A stretch of DNA of 63,874 bases, counting the filler, from Octopus bimaculoides (taxonomy: Eukaryota): NCBI RefSeq assembly GCF_001194135.2. It is 10 parts of 10 records of this genome, joined end to end, with 100 filler letters (N's around TTAATTAATTAA, not from the genome) between each part and the next. Parts side by side here need not be neighbours in the genome. Positions count along the whole stretch, not along the records: positions 33,900 to 44,754 come from NC_068994.1; positions 44,855 to 48,251 come from NC_068985.1; positions 48,352 to 51,083 come from NW_026299510.1; positions 51,184 to 52,855 come from NW_026328470.1; 6 more parts are not named here. The stretch is one strand, 5' to 3'. Of this stretch, positions 36,900 through 51,233 are shown piece by piece. The notes below the pieces were generated by a model that was not told where the DNA came from, did not search any database, and saw nothing but the letters and a program-made list of their open reading frames with translations. The stretch's first letter is position 1. Each line of letters opens with the position of its first letter. A program made the position numbers and the translations under genes.

Positions 36900-37640
36900 G
36901 CCTACTAACAACTCTACCTGTGCATATATAAACTGTGGGTATTGGGGTATGAGTACCTGCTACATATATTCCTTATTTAGTACTGGGTATGTTCATTTAT
37001 AAGGACGTACTCCTTTATTTGTCTGAATGTTGGGTCCTTCAGGTGCTTGAATAAAATCTGAATGTCAAGTTGACCCAGCATGCCTCCTTGTTGGTAGAGT
37101 ATGGAGGACTGTTTTTTTGTCATCCTATTGTCTCAAATAATCATTTAGTCTCTCTGCTATGCTTCTAGAGGTCTCACCTATGTATATCATGTGCTTTACA
37201 AGCACCCTCTATGCAGCTTATGCTGTAGACTACATTTCTAGTTCTACAGTTAATGCCAGAGTTAATCTTACATACCATGCAGTTATCATTGGTGCATGTG
37301 GTATTCACAAAGGGCTACATCCTTCATAGTTGTGATCTGATGGTGCTCCCTGGCTTTTCAACAATCTTAATGTTGAGTTTGGCCTGCTTCAGAGCTTTTC
37401 CTAAATCTTTGGGCTAGTTCTTCATGGGCTATGGCCTCTACAAACATCATTCCTTGATATTTGTCGGTCTTATACCACGTGTTCATCCTGTTTGCTTTGT
37501 TACAAACTGTATCCTATTCCACTCTTTACTTCTATATTTATGGCAGGTACCACTGGTTTCATTACATATAATACTATCTAACTTCTTTCTAGAACCTGAT
37601 CTTTCTGGTCATATCCAGAGAATTGCATGCAGTGCATGAA
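36900..37640 (-). mobile_element. Penelope-like element remnant (GIY-YIG)
   Basis: Minus strand RNVVYSISCIEGAC...(Y)IGETSRSIAERL and a C-terminal INEHxPVLNK-like stretch, with frameshifts. Confidence 0.7.
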
Positions 37641-38279
37641 GTTTCTTTGTTTCATAGGGTTTGTATAAAGGGGACACGTTCATTATCCTAACTAAGTTTG
37701 CTATCAGCATGTTGATTTTCATGTTGTGTGACAAAATTGAGATATATAAAAAAAAAAGACATATAAAAAAGGTATTTCTTTACAAATTTATCAATCAGAA
37801 ATGGTCAGTCACAATAAACTCTAAAGTATGTATGGTTTCTCCCAGAAGAGAAAACATGCATACACTCTCAGACATCTGTTCATATAGACACAAAAATGCA
37901 CACATACATAAAAACATACTTGTATGTATGCATATTGCATGCTTACATGCATACAAAAAACACATCTATTCATACATAAAATCAAACATACACACATAAT
38001 GCATGCATATTGTACATACACATTCATACAGAGACACACATACATAAGACACACATACAAAAGTTACACACATCTATACATCTGTCTACCCATCCATCCA
38101 TTCATACATGCAGCAGATAGACATTGGGATACATACAGGCATACAAAAAACCCATCTATTTATCCATCCATACATCTATCTATATATATTCTTATATTTG
38201 TCTACCCATCCATATATACACACCTACATGCATGCATGAATACATACATATACATACATATACATACACATGCATGCAT

Positions 38280-38318
<39 letters not shown>

Positions 38319-39510
38319 TTGGAGCATTTGGCCACATGGCTAACTGCCTCAATGGTAATCTTGAGAAATTGAGTATCACAAAACTACAAAGTAACTTAAA
38401 ATTCCAGCTACAAGTTATTAAAGATACTGTCAATATATGTAAAACAGTCAAAAAGTTCAACGTGTTATAAGCTCTACACATACAATGGCATTTATGCCGA
38501 CATCGATGTGAATGTACACGTACATACATTCATATATAGAAGACTACCCTGTTGATGTTGTCTAATTTCCATTGAAAGACTCTTGTTTGTACATTAGAAG
38601 CTGGCTCTTACTCCATTAGTGAGAAATTTGAAAAATAAAACCATGAAAACTCTCTCTTTCTCTTTCTCCCTCTCTTTCTTTCCCCCTCTCCTCTCTCCCC
38701 CTCTCCTCTCTCCACCAGATCGGANNNNNNNNNNTCTCTTTCTCCCTCTCTTTCTTTCCCCCTCTCCTCTCTCCCCCTCTCCTCTCTCCCCCTCTCCTCT
38801 CTCCCCTCTCTCTCTCTCTTTCTCTCTCACATGCACACACATACAACCAACATTCATTCATTGATGTATATACAAACATACATAAATACATGCACATCCA
38901 TATGAATAGCCCACATCTATCCATACACACACGTGTATATGCAAACATATATTTATGCATACACACACACACACATAGATACACATACATACCTACATAC
39001 ACATACCTATATATATATACACGTATTATCAATACTTCTTTCAAGTATTCTTAACATTCTCCCCAAAGCTTTCAAGTTCTTCCAATTTCATTGTATTCTA
39101 TAAATCTCTTCATAAATTGTCCAAAATATATACATTTTGATTGACCACTGCTCATTAGGAAAATCTACCTTTAACATTCAGTCAGTTATTGATGCTACTG
39201 TCTCCCATTGTCTTACATAAAATTCTACTTCACAGACAATTAATGTTAAAGGTCATGTGTTAGGTTACTGCTAGCTATTTTAACATCTCCAATGTTGCCA
39301 GTCTGTTAATACATACTGTAAAATTTGTACTAACATACATACTGGTCAGAGATAATAAAATTTAATCAATTAAAATGATGCCTTTAATGAGGAGAAAAAT
39401 ATAATTATCTTTATGATTAGGTGCAAGCATGGCGATGTGGTTAAGAAACTTGCTTAGTAGCCACGTGATTTTAGGTTTAGTCCAACTGTACAATTTGGGT
39501 TGACCAGTGC

Positions 39511-39546
<36 letters not shown>

Positions 39547-40049
39547 CACACACAAACACACGCACACACATGTATATATTATTCTTACACAATAATGACT
39601 ACTGACCGAGACCTTTGGAAATGTGCTGTGCGTGAGAANNNNNNNNNNCAAGCCAAGTGAGATCGTTGCCAGGGCCCCTGGACTGGCTCTTGTGTGGAAA
39701 GCGGACGTTAAACGATGATGATGATGTCCATAATGATTTTCTTAATGTAAACCCTTGCGGTTAATAAAGGAATCCTTATTACTATTAAGACAGAGCTCGA
39801 AGAATTGTTACTGCACTGGGCAAAATGCTTAGCTGCATTTCATCCATCTTCACATTATGAGTTCAAATGCCAACGAGTTCAGCTTTGCCTTTCATCCTTT
39901 CAGAGTTGATGAAATAAGTACCAGTGGAGTACTGGGGTCAATGTAATCAACTTACCCACTCCCTGAAATTACTGGCCTTGTACCAAAATTTGAAACCTTT
40001 TTTTTTCTTTGTTTTCAGTCTGTTTCATTTTTTTAAAACTTTTTTTTAT

Positions 40050-41738
40050 TTCTAAAATGTGGTTATTTTTGTCTTGTTTTCATTGAATGCATCCTTACTG
40101 GCCTGCAAAGACTACTGGGACTGGAGTATCAGACTAGTTAAGTGGCAGTTGACAGGGCCAATCATCAACAACTGGTGGTGGATTGCCTTGGAGAGGATGA
40201 TTAGAGTAGAATTGATAGCATTTAGCAAAGAACTAGCAATAGAAAGAAATATATGAGAGGAAGAACTAGTTAGCAGACTAGAAGAGGCAATTAGTTGAGG
40301 AATTACAACCAATGTGCTAGTGGTGGGAGTGGCCCTTGACCTTTTCTTCGAGATGAAACCATGAGCTAAAGCCCATGCACTCAAACATGAAAGAATTAAA
40401 GTCATTTGATGAGCCCAAATGGTGGAATCACAATGTGACAGCAAAACCATGATCAGGTCTTTGACAGACTGGTACAAGTGCACGCTGCTCAGTTCCAAGC
40501 AGATATGTGCAGCATTCTGGCAGGACTTCACAACTGTATGAAGAGTGTGATGGATCAGTGACAGTACGAGGACTTTAGTTCATATCCGGACGGCCTGCCA
40601 CAGCTCTTGGCAGCAGATACAAGGTTCTGCAAAAAGCCAGTAACAGCTATAGAAATACAGGAAATGATGAGTGGTTGCACAAGTCACAAATCATCGGGTT
40701 TGGCTGGTCCATCCTATGAATTCTGCAAGTTCATGCCAGATTAGTTTGGCAGCCTCTTGGCAGACATCTACTGTAACTGGCAGCAGAATGGAAGGATTCC
40801 TAGTGTTGTGAGCTAGGGAGCAGTAATGCTGCTGTAAAAGGATGCTAACAAAGGGGACATGCTAGGCAATTTTTGGGTCGTAACTCTGCTAAACTCAGTG
40901 TTTAAGATTTTGATCAAGGTATTAGTGAAAAGGTTAGCCGTTGTCATCAGTAATCTGGTGAGGGAGGCATTGCACAATCCTCAACAGGTCTATCCATGCA
41001 ATATGTCATAGAGAGGACTGAGACAAAAGCTGGCTATGGTGGAGCTCTGATCAAATTGGATCAGTCTAAAGCATTCAATAGGGTCATCCACCATTATCAT
41101 TGCTGACTTGTAGAGTTATGTTGAACTATCTGCTTAGCCCATAGTAATGATTGCCCTACAGCCTTTTTTTAATAGTACAGGTTAGGCAGTTTTCCTTTGT
41201 CTCATGGTGATTGCAAAAGAGGTTGTCTGGTGGACAAGGCTGAAAGGTATGAGGACAGAGACTTTCCTCTTTGGTAGGTTCCTTAATGCCTTTTTTGAAG
41301 TTTCACTTGAAAAACAATGTGAGGAGGAAACTGAGGATAGAGAGAGAGAAAGATGTTGTTCTTGGGTGAATTTATTGGAAGGTGGGTGAAAGTTTCAAAA
41401 ATGGCAAGAATGGATAGCACTGCTGTAAGTGTAGAACTGAAAGTTGGAGAACAAGAAGTGGAAAGGTCACATGCCTTTGGTGATCTGGGAAATCTTGGAT
41501 GGTGGGATCCCTCGATTGTTCTTAAAGGTCCTCCTATATCAGGAAGACCACATCACAATTCCTTTTTCTTTTCCTTTTATTTTTGCTTCTTTTACTGATG
41601 TGTACTATGTATACTTTTTCTCTTTGATTTATTGTATACTATGTACACTTTGTATTTGTATTTTTATTTCATTTTATGTATATTTGTTTATAGTAGTAAA
41701 ATGTTTGTGCCACACTTTAGCTCACTCCCTCCCTTCCT

Positions 41739-41740
<2 letters not shown>
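40050..41740 (+). mobile_element. L1/Tx1-clade ORF2 remnant with internal deletion and 3' UTR
   Basis: KDANKGDMLGNFWVVTLLNSVFKILIKVLVKRL; ALIKLDQSKAFNRVIH; AKEVVWWTRLKG...FIGRWVKVSKMARM; ends at a (TA)n run. Confidence 0.8.
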
Positions 41741-41802
<62 letters not shown>

Positions 41803-41806
<4 letters not shown>

Positions 41807-42070
41807 CACATGGCCTAGTAGTTAGGATGTTGCACTCATGATCGCTAGATCATGATTTCAATTCCTACACCAGGTGGTGCAGTGTGTTCTTGAGCAAAAC
41901 ACTTCCTCTCACATTGCTCTGCAATCACTTTAACATCTGACATGTGGTACACAGTGCACCTGTTCAGACAACGTTGATTTGATGGAGGAAGTGAGCAAAT
42001 AATGTACAGCACAAACATTTGATTACTATAAGCAAATCATTTGTGCAAGTTCGACAAAAGCTGAATGCTC
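41803..42070 (+). mobile_element. Old tRNA-derived SINE
   Basis: GAGCACATGGCCTAGTAGTTAGG...TTCAATTCC...TGTGTTCTTGAGCAAAACACTT. Confidence 0.7.
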
Positions 42071-42108
42071 ATAATCATTTTCAACGGGGGTGGGGGATTC
42101 CATCACAC

Positions 42109-42149
<41 letters not shown>

Positions 42150-42644
42150 NNNNNNNNNNNNNNNNNNNNNNNNNNNNNNNNNNNNNNNNNNNNNNNNNNN
42201 NNNNNNNNNNNNNNNNNNNNNNNNNNNNNNNNNNNNNNNNNNNNNNNNNNNNNNNNNNNNNNNNNNNNNNNNNNNNNNNNNNNNNNNNNNNNNNNNNNNN
42301 NNNNNNNNNNNNNNNNNNNNNNNNNNNNNNNNNNNNNNNNNNNNNNNNNNNNNNNNNNNNNNNNNNNNNNNNNNNNNNNNNNNNNNNNNNNNNNNNNNNN
42401 NNNNNNNNNNNNNNNNNNNNNNNNNNNNNNNNNNNNNNNNNNNNNNNNNNNNNNNNNNNNNNNNNNNNNNNNNNNNNNNNNNNNNNNNNNNNNNNNNNNN
42501 NNNNNNNNNNNNNNNNNNNNNNNNNNNNNNNNNNNNNNNNNNNNNNNNNNNNNNNNNNNNNNNNNNNNNNNNNNNNNNNNNNNNNNNNNNNNNNNNNNNN
42601 NNNNNNNNNNNNNNNNNNNNNNNNNNNNNNNNNNNNNNNNNNNN

Positions 42645-42845
42645 TGTTAGGGTGTGGCACTTTTTCACGCAGCTATCCTCATCCATTCTCACCACATGTC
42701 CAAACCAGCGCAATCGTCTCTCTTGCACACCACAACTGATGCTTCTAATGTTCAGCTTTTCTCTCAAGATACTTACACTCTGACGGGTATTCACATTGAC
42801 ATTACACATCCAACGGAGCATACTGGCTTCATTCCTTGCAAGCTT
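42645..42845 (-). mobile_element. RTE LINE C-terminal fragment
   Basis: MLRWMCNV...LREKLNIRSISCGVQERRLRWFGHVVRMDEDSCVKKC. Confidence 0.85.
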
Positions 42846-42854
42846 ACGTATGTC

Positions 42855-42915
<61 letters not shown>

Positions 42916-44397
42916 TATCTCCTATGTAAATCCCCATGATTTATGTCTGTCTTTGAATTGTCCTCTTCATTCATACCCTAGTGGTGAATAAAAGAAATCA
43001 TTATTATTGTTGTTGTTGTTGTATAGTTACTGTTGGTGTAGCAATAGTTTACTTGTATTTGCCTTGTTCAATAAAGACAAGTGTAAAGTGAAGACGAAAT
43101 TGTGTTGTTGTACTGGAAGTAACAGGTTGGGTGCAGTGGGTAAGTTTATTGTGATATTTTATATTAACCACCAATCCACCAGCATAAAAAAAAAATATGA
43201 ATAAAATTATTGTGGTTGCTTAGGCTGTAGGGTGGCAGTGGTTATGGTGGTGGAGGTGGTAGCAGCAGCAGCAGCGACAATGGCAGCTAAAAATAGTTTA
43301 TATTTTTTATTGCTCTTAAACCCCATTCTCATATAAACCACACTGTAAAACAACAGCTGGTTTGGGGGAATAGAGGAGATGTTAAAAATCTGAAAAATAA
43401 TTCTAGAAAATGGAACATTCCAACATAAAAACGAAACAAAAAAATTTTTTTAAAGAACGGAAAAAAAAAAACATTTCCCCTTTCTCTTTAATGGTTACAT
43501 CTGGCCAAGTCATTAACAAATCAGCTTAAGGGCCAAAGGTTCACTGATCTCCTAGATTTTTAGCATGGCATAGTAATGTTCTAATGTATCTTTAACTGGC
43601 ATACTGAACTTTATATCACCCAATCCACTTAACATATGGAGTCTGCTGTTGTAAGCAGCAGGAGTAGTGTAAAATTGACAGAGTGTTCCATTAACTTGCA
43701 GTAAGTATCAAGTATCAAGCTGAAATTGTTACATGCACCAGACTCTCTATCTCCCCCCCCCCACACACACACACACACCAACCCCCACACTTCACATCAT
43801 CTTTGCTGGTATGTATTACCTTCCTGACCCACATCTTCCTCCATCTTCCCCTCCAACTGTTATTCATTACTGACCATGCCTCAACCCATGTTCACCTCTC
43901 ACCGCATTTCTCTCTATCCCCGTCTTTCTCTATCTACCACTTCTCTTTTATTCACCTTCTTGTAACTTGAGGGTGAACCCTGATGCGTCTCCACTTCCAT
44001 CTTCTCTCTTTTCCGGGTGACCATGTGTCTCCCCTACAGCAAGACACTGTTCCTGTTCCATACTTTGTATTCAGATTATTCTGTCAAATGTGATGCGTAT
44101 TTATTCACTTTGTTTTAAGTTAATCCTGCATTATTTCATAGCTTCAAGATTTTGATGATGTGACTGCTTGTTTTTAGAATGACATTATAGGGTAGGTGTG
44201 TGATACCAGATCTGGCTGGTTTGAATGTAAAAGCGGTAGAATATTTGGGTCAGATATGGCCAGTTTAAACACTAAAGGATTAACCCAGTGGTTCTTAACC
44301 AGGGTCCATGTAAGGTTTTGTTTTTAAAATTTATGTGTAATAAATTGGTTATACATACTTCTACAATACACAAAATATTCTAACAATCTTTTTATAC

Positions 44398-44427
44398 TAC
44401 TAGCAGAAACACCCGGCGTTGCCCGGG
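44398..44427 (+). mobile_element. Helitron/Helentron-like 5' terminus
   Basis: TACTAGCAGAAACACCCGGCGTTGCCCGGG: ACTAG start plus a CCCGG...CCGGG subterminal hairpin, typical of non-autonomous Helitron ends; 3' end not located. Confidence 0.45.
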
Positions 44428-45049
44428 TTAAAGAGAATAATGAAATCTAAAAACGCCGTCTAGACTACGCAACCCTCAACTGTTAGTAGCTACGATACCA
44501 TATTTCTACATTAATAACTCTCCAATCCATGCCAGCATGGAACATAGATATTAAGTGGAATGCTAGAAGTTTTCAACTCATATGTATATAAAGTAAAATA
44601 CACGTAATTCAGAAACGCGTTTTTGTGTATCTTATTTCGTAACCAAACAAACAGGTACAGATTATAAATAATGAAAGGCCAATTTTGGTGATTCATTTGA
44701 CAGAGGTAGTAGAGAGACAATGCGATGATAAATCTGAGGTTGGATCTTGAAAGTNNNNNNNNNNNNNNNNNNNNNNNNNNNNNNNNNNNNNNNNNNNNTT
44801 AATTAATTAANNNNNNNNNNNNNNNNNNNNNNNNNNNNNNNNNNNNNNNNNNNNTATATATACACACATAAACACACACACACACACACATACATATGTA
44901 CATACGTGCATACATACGTTTTCACGCTGAAAGACATTCTTTCAAGAGGCACATATACGAATACATTCGTATACTCGTAGAAATGCATAGAAGCATTCAA
45001 ATGTGTGTGTGTGCGTGTGTGTGTGTGTGTGTGTGTAATGTATGCAGAT

Positions 45050-45062
45050 TGATAGATAGATT

Positions 45063-45122
<60 letters not shown>

Positions 45123-45148
45123 CATGCATAGACAAACAGATGGACAGA

Positions 45149-45229
<81 letters not shown>

Positions 45230-45270
45230 GATAGATAGATATATAGATAGATAGATAGATAGATAGATAA
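45050..45270. repeat. (GATA)n microsatellite
   Basis: Directly visible. Confidence 0.95.
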
Positions 45271-45634
45271 AGAAGTTATTGACACGCGCACATGCACACA
45301 TACGCACCATATGTGTGTATGTTTGTGTTACGTGTGTGTGTGTGTTGTGTATACGTTCACACACAGACACATTACATACACAAACAAAGACTTATACACA
45401 CGCGTAGACACGCACAGAAATACACACACACACACACACGCACATACACACACACAAACACGCACGCACGCACATACACATATATACGCAACTGAAGGGA
45501 CAGGGCGGTTTTATTATCGATAATCATTTTGTATTATATAAACCATGATGGTAGTATTTTATATTACATCATAGTCTGTCAGTCAGTCTCCTTATTTCTC
45601 TCTACCTCTCTGCGTAACTGTCTGTTCATTTGCT

Positions 45635-45698
<64 letters not shown>

Positions 45699-46184
45699 CT
45701 CTTTCTATTTGCGCCCGTCTATCAATCTATTCTTCTTATCTATCAATCTTGCTCTCTATCTGCCTAACTTATTATGTACCTATCTTTCTATCAATCAATC
45801 TATGAAACTATATAGCTTGCTAGCCGTTTAATCTGTCAATCTATCTTGCTATCTGACTATCAATCAAGTTATTTACCGACATCACTTGCTATTTAAGAAT
45901 ATCTATCTATGTATTTGTCTTTCTTTCTTGTTTTGTTTTTTTCTTTTGTTTTCTTTTGTTTTGCCTTTTGTTTTCAGTCTCTTTATCTATTTCTCTGCCT
46001 AGCTAGTTAGTTATTCATAAGTCCATCTATGTAAGTTTTTCTTCGCCTATCTGCCACATCTCTATGTGATTATCCTTCTGCCTCCCAATTTTTGTCCATC
46101 TTCTTTACATGTTTACATATATACAGGCACACACACTCACACACACTCACCCACACTCACACACACACATGCACACACATACAC

Positions 46185-47300
46185 ACGGGTGCTATACCGA
46201 AACTAACGCAAAAGTGAGCATAACTGTTTTATTAACTGACGTATGTCGCTCAAATTGCACAATTTGGTTGAATAGCTCTTCCTTTGTACAAAGGTACTAT
46301 TCAACATAGTCTCCTTCATAAGCGATGCATCTACGTCTCCGTTGAACCAAGCTTTCGAATCCTCTTTGAAAAAGATTCGGTTATGCATAATTGTATCAAC
46401 TTCTTTGTAGTCGCTTTCACTGCAGCTCTGTCATCAAGTTGTTGTCCTCGAATTATCTTCATTGCAACGAACAGATGGAAGCCGAAAAAGCAAAATCCAA
46501 GCAGTATGGTGGATGGGGAACCACTGACCACTCCAATTTGCTTATTACCTGGTTTGTTGCCGAAGATGCGTGTGGTCGCGCATTTCCATGGTTAACCGTG
46601 AATCGTTTTCGGATTCTTGCTCGGTCTCTTCGCCCTAGCGGCTTTTCTAAGCTTTCTGAGTGTTTCAATGTACCGCCCGCTATTCACGATACAGATGCAT
46701 TCCAGAAAATCAAGGAGAATCATGTACTTGTCATATCTCCTAGGACAGTCACCATGATTTCCATCATGACAATCGATAGCTCTTGAACTTCTAAGGGTTT
46801 TGGAGAAGAGATATGACAATATTCCATAAACTGGGTTTTCGTTTATGTGTCACAAAGATTCCCTCTCACCAGATCAGATTTAATTTTTTTAAAAAAAAGG
46901 TATCTTCATTGGCTCCAAACATTTCCTTCCAGCAGGCAGGACAAAGTTCCACCCATCTCTCCATGAAATCAGGCGTTAATTACCAAGGCTCACTTCGCTC
47001 GCACTTTTCAATACCCAAAGTCTTTCACTATATTTTGTAATATATTCTGCTCTCAGTTCAATTCTGCAACGAGCTCACGGTTTCTAACTCCTCAGAATAA
47101 ATTCGTCCATTCCACTCGCCGTGCACATTGGCCTTCTCAATGGTGTCATCTTCTGGAAATAGGCTGTGACTGTCGTACAGCCTATACTTGCTCTTTAGTC
47201 AGGCACTCAGTGACATTGCAACCACATGGAACGCATTATTTACCATGCCATGAAACGGAACAGGATGAAATGTTCCGATATTCGAAGCGTTTCGCTGCCA
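46185..47300 (-). mobile_element. Mariner transposase pseudogene
   Basis: DFLEC..IVNSGRYIETLRKLRKA..RAKRP; HGNARPHASSATNQVISKLEWSVVPHPPY; ...RGFESLVQRRRRCIAYEGDYVE*. Left TIR-like CACGGGTGCTATACCGAAACTAACGC; right boundary approximate. Confidence 0.8.
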
Positions 47301-47461
47301 AGGAATTCAATTCCAACGATCTATATCAGTTAATAAAAGAATGTTGGGCTCAGTTTTGCCTTCTTTTCGGTAAAAATTTTTGTATGCATGTGTTTGCATG
47401 AAGATATAGATTGGTTGCTAGATAGAAAGATATATATATACACATATGTGTGTGTGCGCGC

Positions 47462-47499
<38 letters not shown>

Positions 47500-47789
47500 N
47501 NNNNNNNNNNNNNNNNNNNNNNNNNNNNNNNNNNNNNNNNNNNNNNNNNNNNNNNNNNNNNNNNNNNNNNNNNNNNNNNNNNNNNNNNNNNNNNNNNNNN
47601 NNNNNNNNNNNNNNNNNNNNNNNNNNNNNNNNNNNNNNNNNNNNNNNNNNNNNNNNNNNNNNNNNNNNNNNNNNNNNNNNNNNNNNNNNNNNNNNNNNNN
47701 NNNNNNNNNNNNNNNNNNNNNNNNNNNNNNNNNNNNNNNNNNNNNNNNNNNNNNNNNNNNNNNNNNNNNNNNNNNNNNNNNNNNNNNNN

Positions 47790-47859
<70 letters not shown>

Positions 47860-48189
47860 GTTTTGTATATAATAATGCAATAACTTCCGTGTTTGTTACG
47901 ATGTATAGTGAATTCACCTATCATTATAATATTGGATCATAAGGAAACACACAGGCAGTGATTCAAAACATGTAGGTCGAATAACAATATATGCAGTAAG
48001 CAGAACGCACAATATTGTAGGATGATGCTGCAACAATATGCTTGACTTCTAAAGAGAATATTGCGCTTAGCGTACAGTAATATAGTGGCAGAATGTCATT
48101 CGAATATCGAACTCTCATTTAAAAATTGCGTATCTTTTCCAGTAGGAAACTTTTGGTACCAGAGAAGTAATATAAATTTTATTTAAAAC

Positions 48190-48251
<62 letters not shown>

Positions 48252-48351
48252 NNNNNNNNNNNNNNNNNNNNNNNNNNNNNNNNNNNNNNNNNNNNTTAAT
48301 TAATTAANNNNNNNNNNNNNNNNNNNNNNNNNNNNNNNNNNNNNNNNNNNN

Positions 48352-48643
48352 CTAGTACTTATTCTATTGGTCTCTTTTGCCGAACCGCTAAGTTATGGAG
48401 ATGTAAACTCACCAGCATCAGTTGTCAAGCGATGTTGGTGGGGACAAATACAGACACACAAACATATACATATATATATACGACGGGCTTCTTTCAGTTT
48501 CTGTCTACCAAATCCACTCACAAGGCTTTGGTTGGCCCGAGGCTATACTAGAAGGCACTTGCCCAAGGTGCCATGCAGTGGGACTGAACCCGGAACCATG
48601 TGGTTGGTAAGCAAGCTACTTACCACACAGCCACTCCTGCGCC
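48352..48643 (-). mobile_element. tRNA-derived SINE (family of 6407-6803)
   Basis: Nearly complete reverse-complement copy up to the gap. Confidence 0.9.
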
Positions 48644-49779
48644 AATGAAATATACTTATTTATTCTCATATTTTCAAATTAATCATGCATTACTTTTTAG
48701 CTTTGATATTTTTCAACGATGTGTCTGTTTATTATTAGAATAGCATTGTAGGATAGGTGTGAGAGGCCAAATCTGGCCAGCTTGAACATAAAATTGGTAA
48801 TTAAAAGTGACACATTGGTTAGTTCTAGATATATCTATTATTTGACTAAGATGATGAGGTCATGATTGGAACGTCTTTGATTATAAGTCTACTTACTCAG
48901 AACTGATAGGAGATTAAGCAATAACTACAAACACAACTAAATCTAATTGTAATCATTTTAACCAGTGAAAGTTTACTGAATGCAAAATATCTGCCATTAC
49001 TGAAATATTTTTGTTTTTGAGGAAATGCTAAAATATTCAATAAGATAACTACTTATAGAATTTATTTTTTGGTAAAAATAGTAATTTTTAAGCAAAAAAG
49101 AAAGTCTATTGAAAATTTAATGCTTTGTTCTATCTCCCGTTCTACAATAAATAATTTTAAAAAATGCCCTTTAATGAAATAATACTTTTGCATTACATTT
49201 GAGAATGACATTTAGAATTTATGCAAAAACAAAATTCTTTCTTTTGAAAGACTGTTGTTAATGAAAATGACATTTGAAAATATTAAGCTCTTCTATAAGC
49301 TAAAATTTAAATTAATTCCTCATATTATTCAAGTATATAAATTAACCATAATATTTCTCCAACAGAACAAAGTTGAAGATTGTGTAGAATTCTCAACTAC
49401 AAGACAAATGAATAATTATATCCATTCTCATAAATAACAGAAATAACTATCTTCATGAAATTCGTATTATTTAATATGGTCCACTTTCTGTTAAGTCTTC
49501 TTTTTTAAAAAAAAATACCAAATCAAGTAGATAAAAATGGGTTATTAATTATTTCCTTTTAATCTTATGCGTTAGTTTTAGAATATATCTAATATATCAT
49601 TCTCATTAACCATACATCTTTCAGTACTGTAATCTTGCTAATATCTTCTAAAACATAAATCTCTGCAAATAAAGAGTTATATACTGTAGAGTAGTAAGCC
49701 AAAATGAAATTTTCACGAAGTTCTTTTTTTCTCTTTCTCAGGTATTGTTTTTGAAAGGTTTCATGAATATAGACTAGAT

Positions 49780-49785
49780 GTGTGC

Positions 49786-49836
<51 letters not shown>

Positions 49837-50282
49837 TAAGTATGTATGTATGCAAGTGTTTTTGAATGTGTGAATGTGTCTATGTTGGTCTGTCTGTATG
49901 TATGTGTGTAAGTGTGTGTGTGTGTGTGTATGTGTTTGTGTCTATGTACATATATCTATCTGTCTGTCTGTCTGTCTGTATGTATGCATGTATGTGTATA
50001 TGTGTGCGTGTGTATATTTGTATTTATGTATGTATACATGCATGCTTGCATGCAGGTATGTATATATGTACGTATGTATGTACGTACATATATATATGTA
50101 TGCATTATGCATGTGTGTGTATATGTATGTATGTATGGATGGATGGATGGATGAATGGATGGATGGATGAATGGATGCATGCATGCATGTATGTATGTAT
50201 GTATGTATGTATATATGTATGTATGTATGTATGTGTATGTATGTATGTATGTATGTATGTATATGTATGTATGTATGTATTA
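49780..50282. repeat. Compound (TG)n/(TATG)n/(TGGA)n microsatellite
   Basis: Directly visible; explains the ORFs at 49866-50345. Confidence 0.95.
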
Positions 50283-51233
50283 AGATGTCATCTGTATTTT
50301 ATAGAAATATTCCATTTCCACAACATGGAAATATTTAAAATGTAATATAAAGTGACAAGATAAATCATTGACTGTGTAACATATGCTATTACATGCCACT
50401 TGATAGATCTCACAATATCAGCTTAATGATTCCTAGTTATCCATGCTGATAACAACAAGTGACAATGCAGTCATAACTGAAAAGCACATAAATTTTTTAT
50501 TATCTTTATTCTTTTTTTTTGTTTTTTTTTTTTGTTTCCTTGAATGCAATGAAAGAAAATATGAAGAAATGAAATTTACTAAGTAGTATTCTTTCCTACA
50601 TAACAAGTTAGAGATAAGAGCTATTCAATATCTTTTGATTTAATACAGCTTAGTGGAAATATATCTAAGAGGTCCAAAGTAAAATAGACAGAAAAAGTAG
50701 CCATAAACGAATTTTGTCAAAAAAGAAGTTTTCTAAAAAAAATGACATTGTAGGAATATTAAATTGGAATCCATGTAATGTAAGTTAGATACATTGAAAA
50801 TGGTTTAAAACACATTTATATATGTCATTATAGATTTATATTTATATACATTTTTTTTTTTACCTATAAATCTAACATTTTCTGGGGAAGAAAATTTTGT
50901 AATAGCCTGTTAGCAAGCTTAGACACTTCATATTCAAAAACTTCATTTATATATAAATGATTTCTCTTTTGCCTTCTAAAAATAATTTTTTCTTCTAAAT
51001 CTTAAATACATAAAAATACATATGCATTAAAGTTACATGATTAAATCTATGATTAATGCAATATAAATTGGGTATTTTTGTAGNNNNNNNNNNNNNNNNN
51101 NNNNNNNNNNNNNNNNNNNNNNNNNNNTTAATTAATTAANNNNNNNNNNNNNNNNNNNNNNNNNNNNNNNNNNNNNNNNNNNNTCGGGAGACACGTCCAT
51201 CCGCTTGAATAATAATAATAATAATAATAATAA

